Source: an uncultured virus (IMG/VR IMGVR_UViG_3300035698_022242) (lineage: Duplodnaviria > Heunggongvirae > Uroviricota > Caudoviricetes). Taken from it: 20,000 nucleotides of DNA. The stretch lies in the IMG/VR virus record IMGVR_UViG_3300035698_022242; one strand, given 5' to 3'. The notes under the pieces are model-generated. The model did no database searches. It was given only the letters and a program-made list of their open reading frames with translations, and had not been told where the DNA came from. This document shows positions 18,338-20,000 of the stretch, in pieces (the stretch's first letter is position 1; the number at the start of each line of letters is the position of its first letter). Position numbers and translations under genes: made by a program.

Positions 18338-18776
18338 CATTGTAGACATATATGCGCAAGCAGGTGTTCTCCTGGTTGTTATGGGCGACCGATGGCATGC
18401 TCCATGCCCATTTCATGAGGAAACGAAGCCTTCATTTGTTGTTTACCCGGATGGTGGATACCACTGTTTTGGGTGTGGTGCGCACGGAACACTGCAGGAT
18501 ATGGGAGAATATGCTGGTGTAGACTTTATTATTATTCCCGACTTAGCATACGAGCAAGATCATACAGAGGTCGAAATAAAAAAATACTTGAAAAAAGTTG
18601 AAAAAAGTTTATTATCAGTAGTACAAACATGGTCAAATACACAAAAGATAAAGATGTTCGATAAATTTGATGATATGTATGGTGATTGTGTAGCGAATTC
18701 TAGAGATGTCGGTTCTTCTTTAGTATCGCTCATTTCATATATTCGTAAAGTTATGGGTAAAGAACTGTTCTCTTAA
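18330..18776 (+). CDS. Stand-alone CHC2 zinc-finger (DnaG primase zinc-binding domain) protein
   Basis: CPFHEETKPSFVV...YHCFGCGAHG followed only by about 90 aa of helical sequence; no TOPRIM motifs. Confidence 0.85.
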   Translation: MVDIVDIYAQAGVLLVVMGDRWHAPCPFHEETKPSFVVYPDGGYHCFGCGAHGTLQDMGEYAGVDFIIIPDLAYEQDHTEVEIKKYLKKVEKSLLSVVQTWSNTQKIKMFDKFDDMYGDCVANSRDVGSSLVSLISYIRKVMGKELFS

Positions 18777-18790
18777 TCTTTGGAGATATT

Positions 18791-20000
18791 TTGCGAGCTA
18801 ATAAATTACAGGAAATTGTGGATGATATTGCGCATAAAAAGAATGACGATGGTACATGGGATTTAAATCATGAACGTGCGGATGAATTTTATAAGACTGT
18901 TTATCCTTATGTAGCAAAATCTGCGAGAATATCAGATCCATTTGATCCTGAAGATGCCGTGGGGGACGTGTTAGAAGGGTTATGGAAGTCATTAATGCGT
19001 TATGGTCCACGATATCAAGGTAAGCCATTTGTTAATATGTTAAAAATGAAAACTAATAATGTACTTACAAATAGATTTAAAAAAAGAACTGCATTAAAAC
19101 ATAAACTAAATTATACAAGTGAATCTTTTGATGGACTTAAGTATGAAGACAATGAAGGTATTTTACGTGGAGGAAGTAAAGAACCTTGTGGAGGATTTTT
19201 AGATATTTTATCTGTTGAACAAGTATTAACTAAACGACAAAAACGCGAGATACTTGAAATACAACAGGAATACAAGTGTTTGGAGGAAGAAAAAATGCCA
19301 CATAAATTAGAAACGGATGAATTTTTACATTATTTTAGAAGATTGGGTCATGAAGAAAAATTAGTGGTATTTCAAAATATTTTTTGTCTTATGGCTGGGC
19401 TCAAACACCGACGTACCAAGGAGATTTTTAGTCTCTTTGTGGATGGTGACCAAAAAGGTGCACCTATACAAAAAGAAACGCCGCGCAAGATGCGCATAGA
19501 CGTAGTTTCTGAGTATATTACCTTATTAGGGACAGTACCAGAAGGAGAGGATGACATGGATAAATATGTACAGATTGGATCAGGGGTTGTTGGTGAGCAG
19601 TTTTTAACTCCTATGTTGAAAAAAATTGAAGTTGTCAAAGTAAAAGGTGATTCTGTTAGAATTAAAATCATGCCTTATGATGATCAAATTGATGTTCCTG
19701 TAACTTATTTAGCTATTCCTATGAGTTATGCGGAAGATCATCCAGAAGACCTAGACCCAACGCAGGAAACACAGTCAAAGATTGCAGAAGAAACTGAAGA
19801 AGAAGAAACTGAAGAAGAAGAAACTGAAGAAGAAGAAACTGAAGAAGAAGAAACTGAAGAAGAAGAAACTGAAGAAGAAGAAGAAACTGAAGAAGAAGAA
19901 GAAACTGAAGAAGAAGAAGAAGAAGAAACTGAAGAAGAAACTGAAGAAGAAACTGAAGAAGAAACTGAAGAAGAAACTGAAGAAGAAACTGAAGAAGAAA
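18791..20000 (+). CDS. Sigma-70 region-2-like domain protein with acidic T(E)n tail, 3'-partial (absent from the ORF track)
   Basis: SD GGAG at 18782-18785, TTG at 18791, and no stop to the window end. Translation: MRANKLQEIV...DEFYKTVYPYVAKSAR..DPEDAVGDVLEGLWKSLMRY...FVNMLKMKTNNVLTNRFKKR...LTKRQKREIL...AEETEEEETEEEE. Confidence 0.75.
   Translation, partial: MRANKLQEIVDDIAHKKNDDGTWDLNHERADEFYKTVYPYVAKSARISDPFDPEDAVGDVLEGLWKSLMRYGPRYQGKPFVNMLKMKTNNVLTNRFKKRTALKHKLNYTSESFDGLKYEDNEGILRGGSKEPCGGFLDILSVEQVLTKRQKREILEIQQEYKCLEEEKMPHKLETDEFLHYFRRLGHEEKLVVFQNIFCLMAGLKHRRTKEIFSLFVDGDQKGAPIQKETPRKMRIDVVSEYITLLGTVPEGEDDMDKYVQIGSGVVGEQFLTPMLKKIEVVKVKGDSVRIKIMPYDDQIDVPVTYLAIPMSYAEDHPEDLDPTQETQSKIAEETEEEETEEEETEEEETEEEETEEEETEEEEETEEEEETEEEEEEETEEETEEETEEETEEETEEETEEE
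19787..20000 (+). repeat. Perfect coding tandem repeat ACT(GAA)n encoding T(E)3-7
   Basis: ACT(GAA)4 x5 (19793-19867), ACT(GAA)5 x2 (19868-19903), ACT(GAA)7 x1 (19904-19927), ACT(GAA)3 x6 (19928-19999), continuing past the edge. Confidence 0.97.

Noticed and set aside
142..19671. Minus-strand ORFs in the track (e.g. 9098-9667, 13478-13969, 4726-5136, 19372-19671, 18798-19028)
   Set aside because: All lie antisense to well-supported plus-strand genes and have no recognisable motifs, so they are treated as shadow ORFs.
19787..20000. CRISPR array or iterons
   Set aside because: There are no unique spacers; it is an in-frame low-complexity coding repeat.

Overview
The window is a dense, all plus-strand run of about 26 mostly overlapping (translationally coupled) genes in the standard bacterial code. 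It is most consistent with a large bacteriophage or prophage, although no virion genes are in view. The left two-thirds is a large glycan-building cluster: one GT9-like, three GT4-like and six GT2/GT7-like glycosyltransferases, with a phage-type RuvC resolvase interleaved. It surrounds a compact nonulosonic-acid (sialic-acid-like) cassette made of a HAD phosphatase, a Maf/DUF115-like transferase, NeuA, a short NeuB, a pyruvyltransferase and a methyltransferase-like protein. The cluster runs straight into a replication module (SF2/UvsW-like helicase, DnaC-like loader, DnaB, stand-alone CHC2 primase zinc finger). The window ends in an ORF missing from the supplied track (18791 to the end). That ORF encodes a sigma-70 region-2-like domain, carries two internal in-frame SD+ATG sites, and ends in a perfect ACT(GAA)n acidic repeat. 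Other points of note are a probable -1 frameshift in the pyruvyltransferase and a truncated GT paralog bracketing the cassette. All family calls come from motif recognition by eye, with no database searches.
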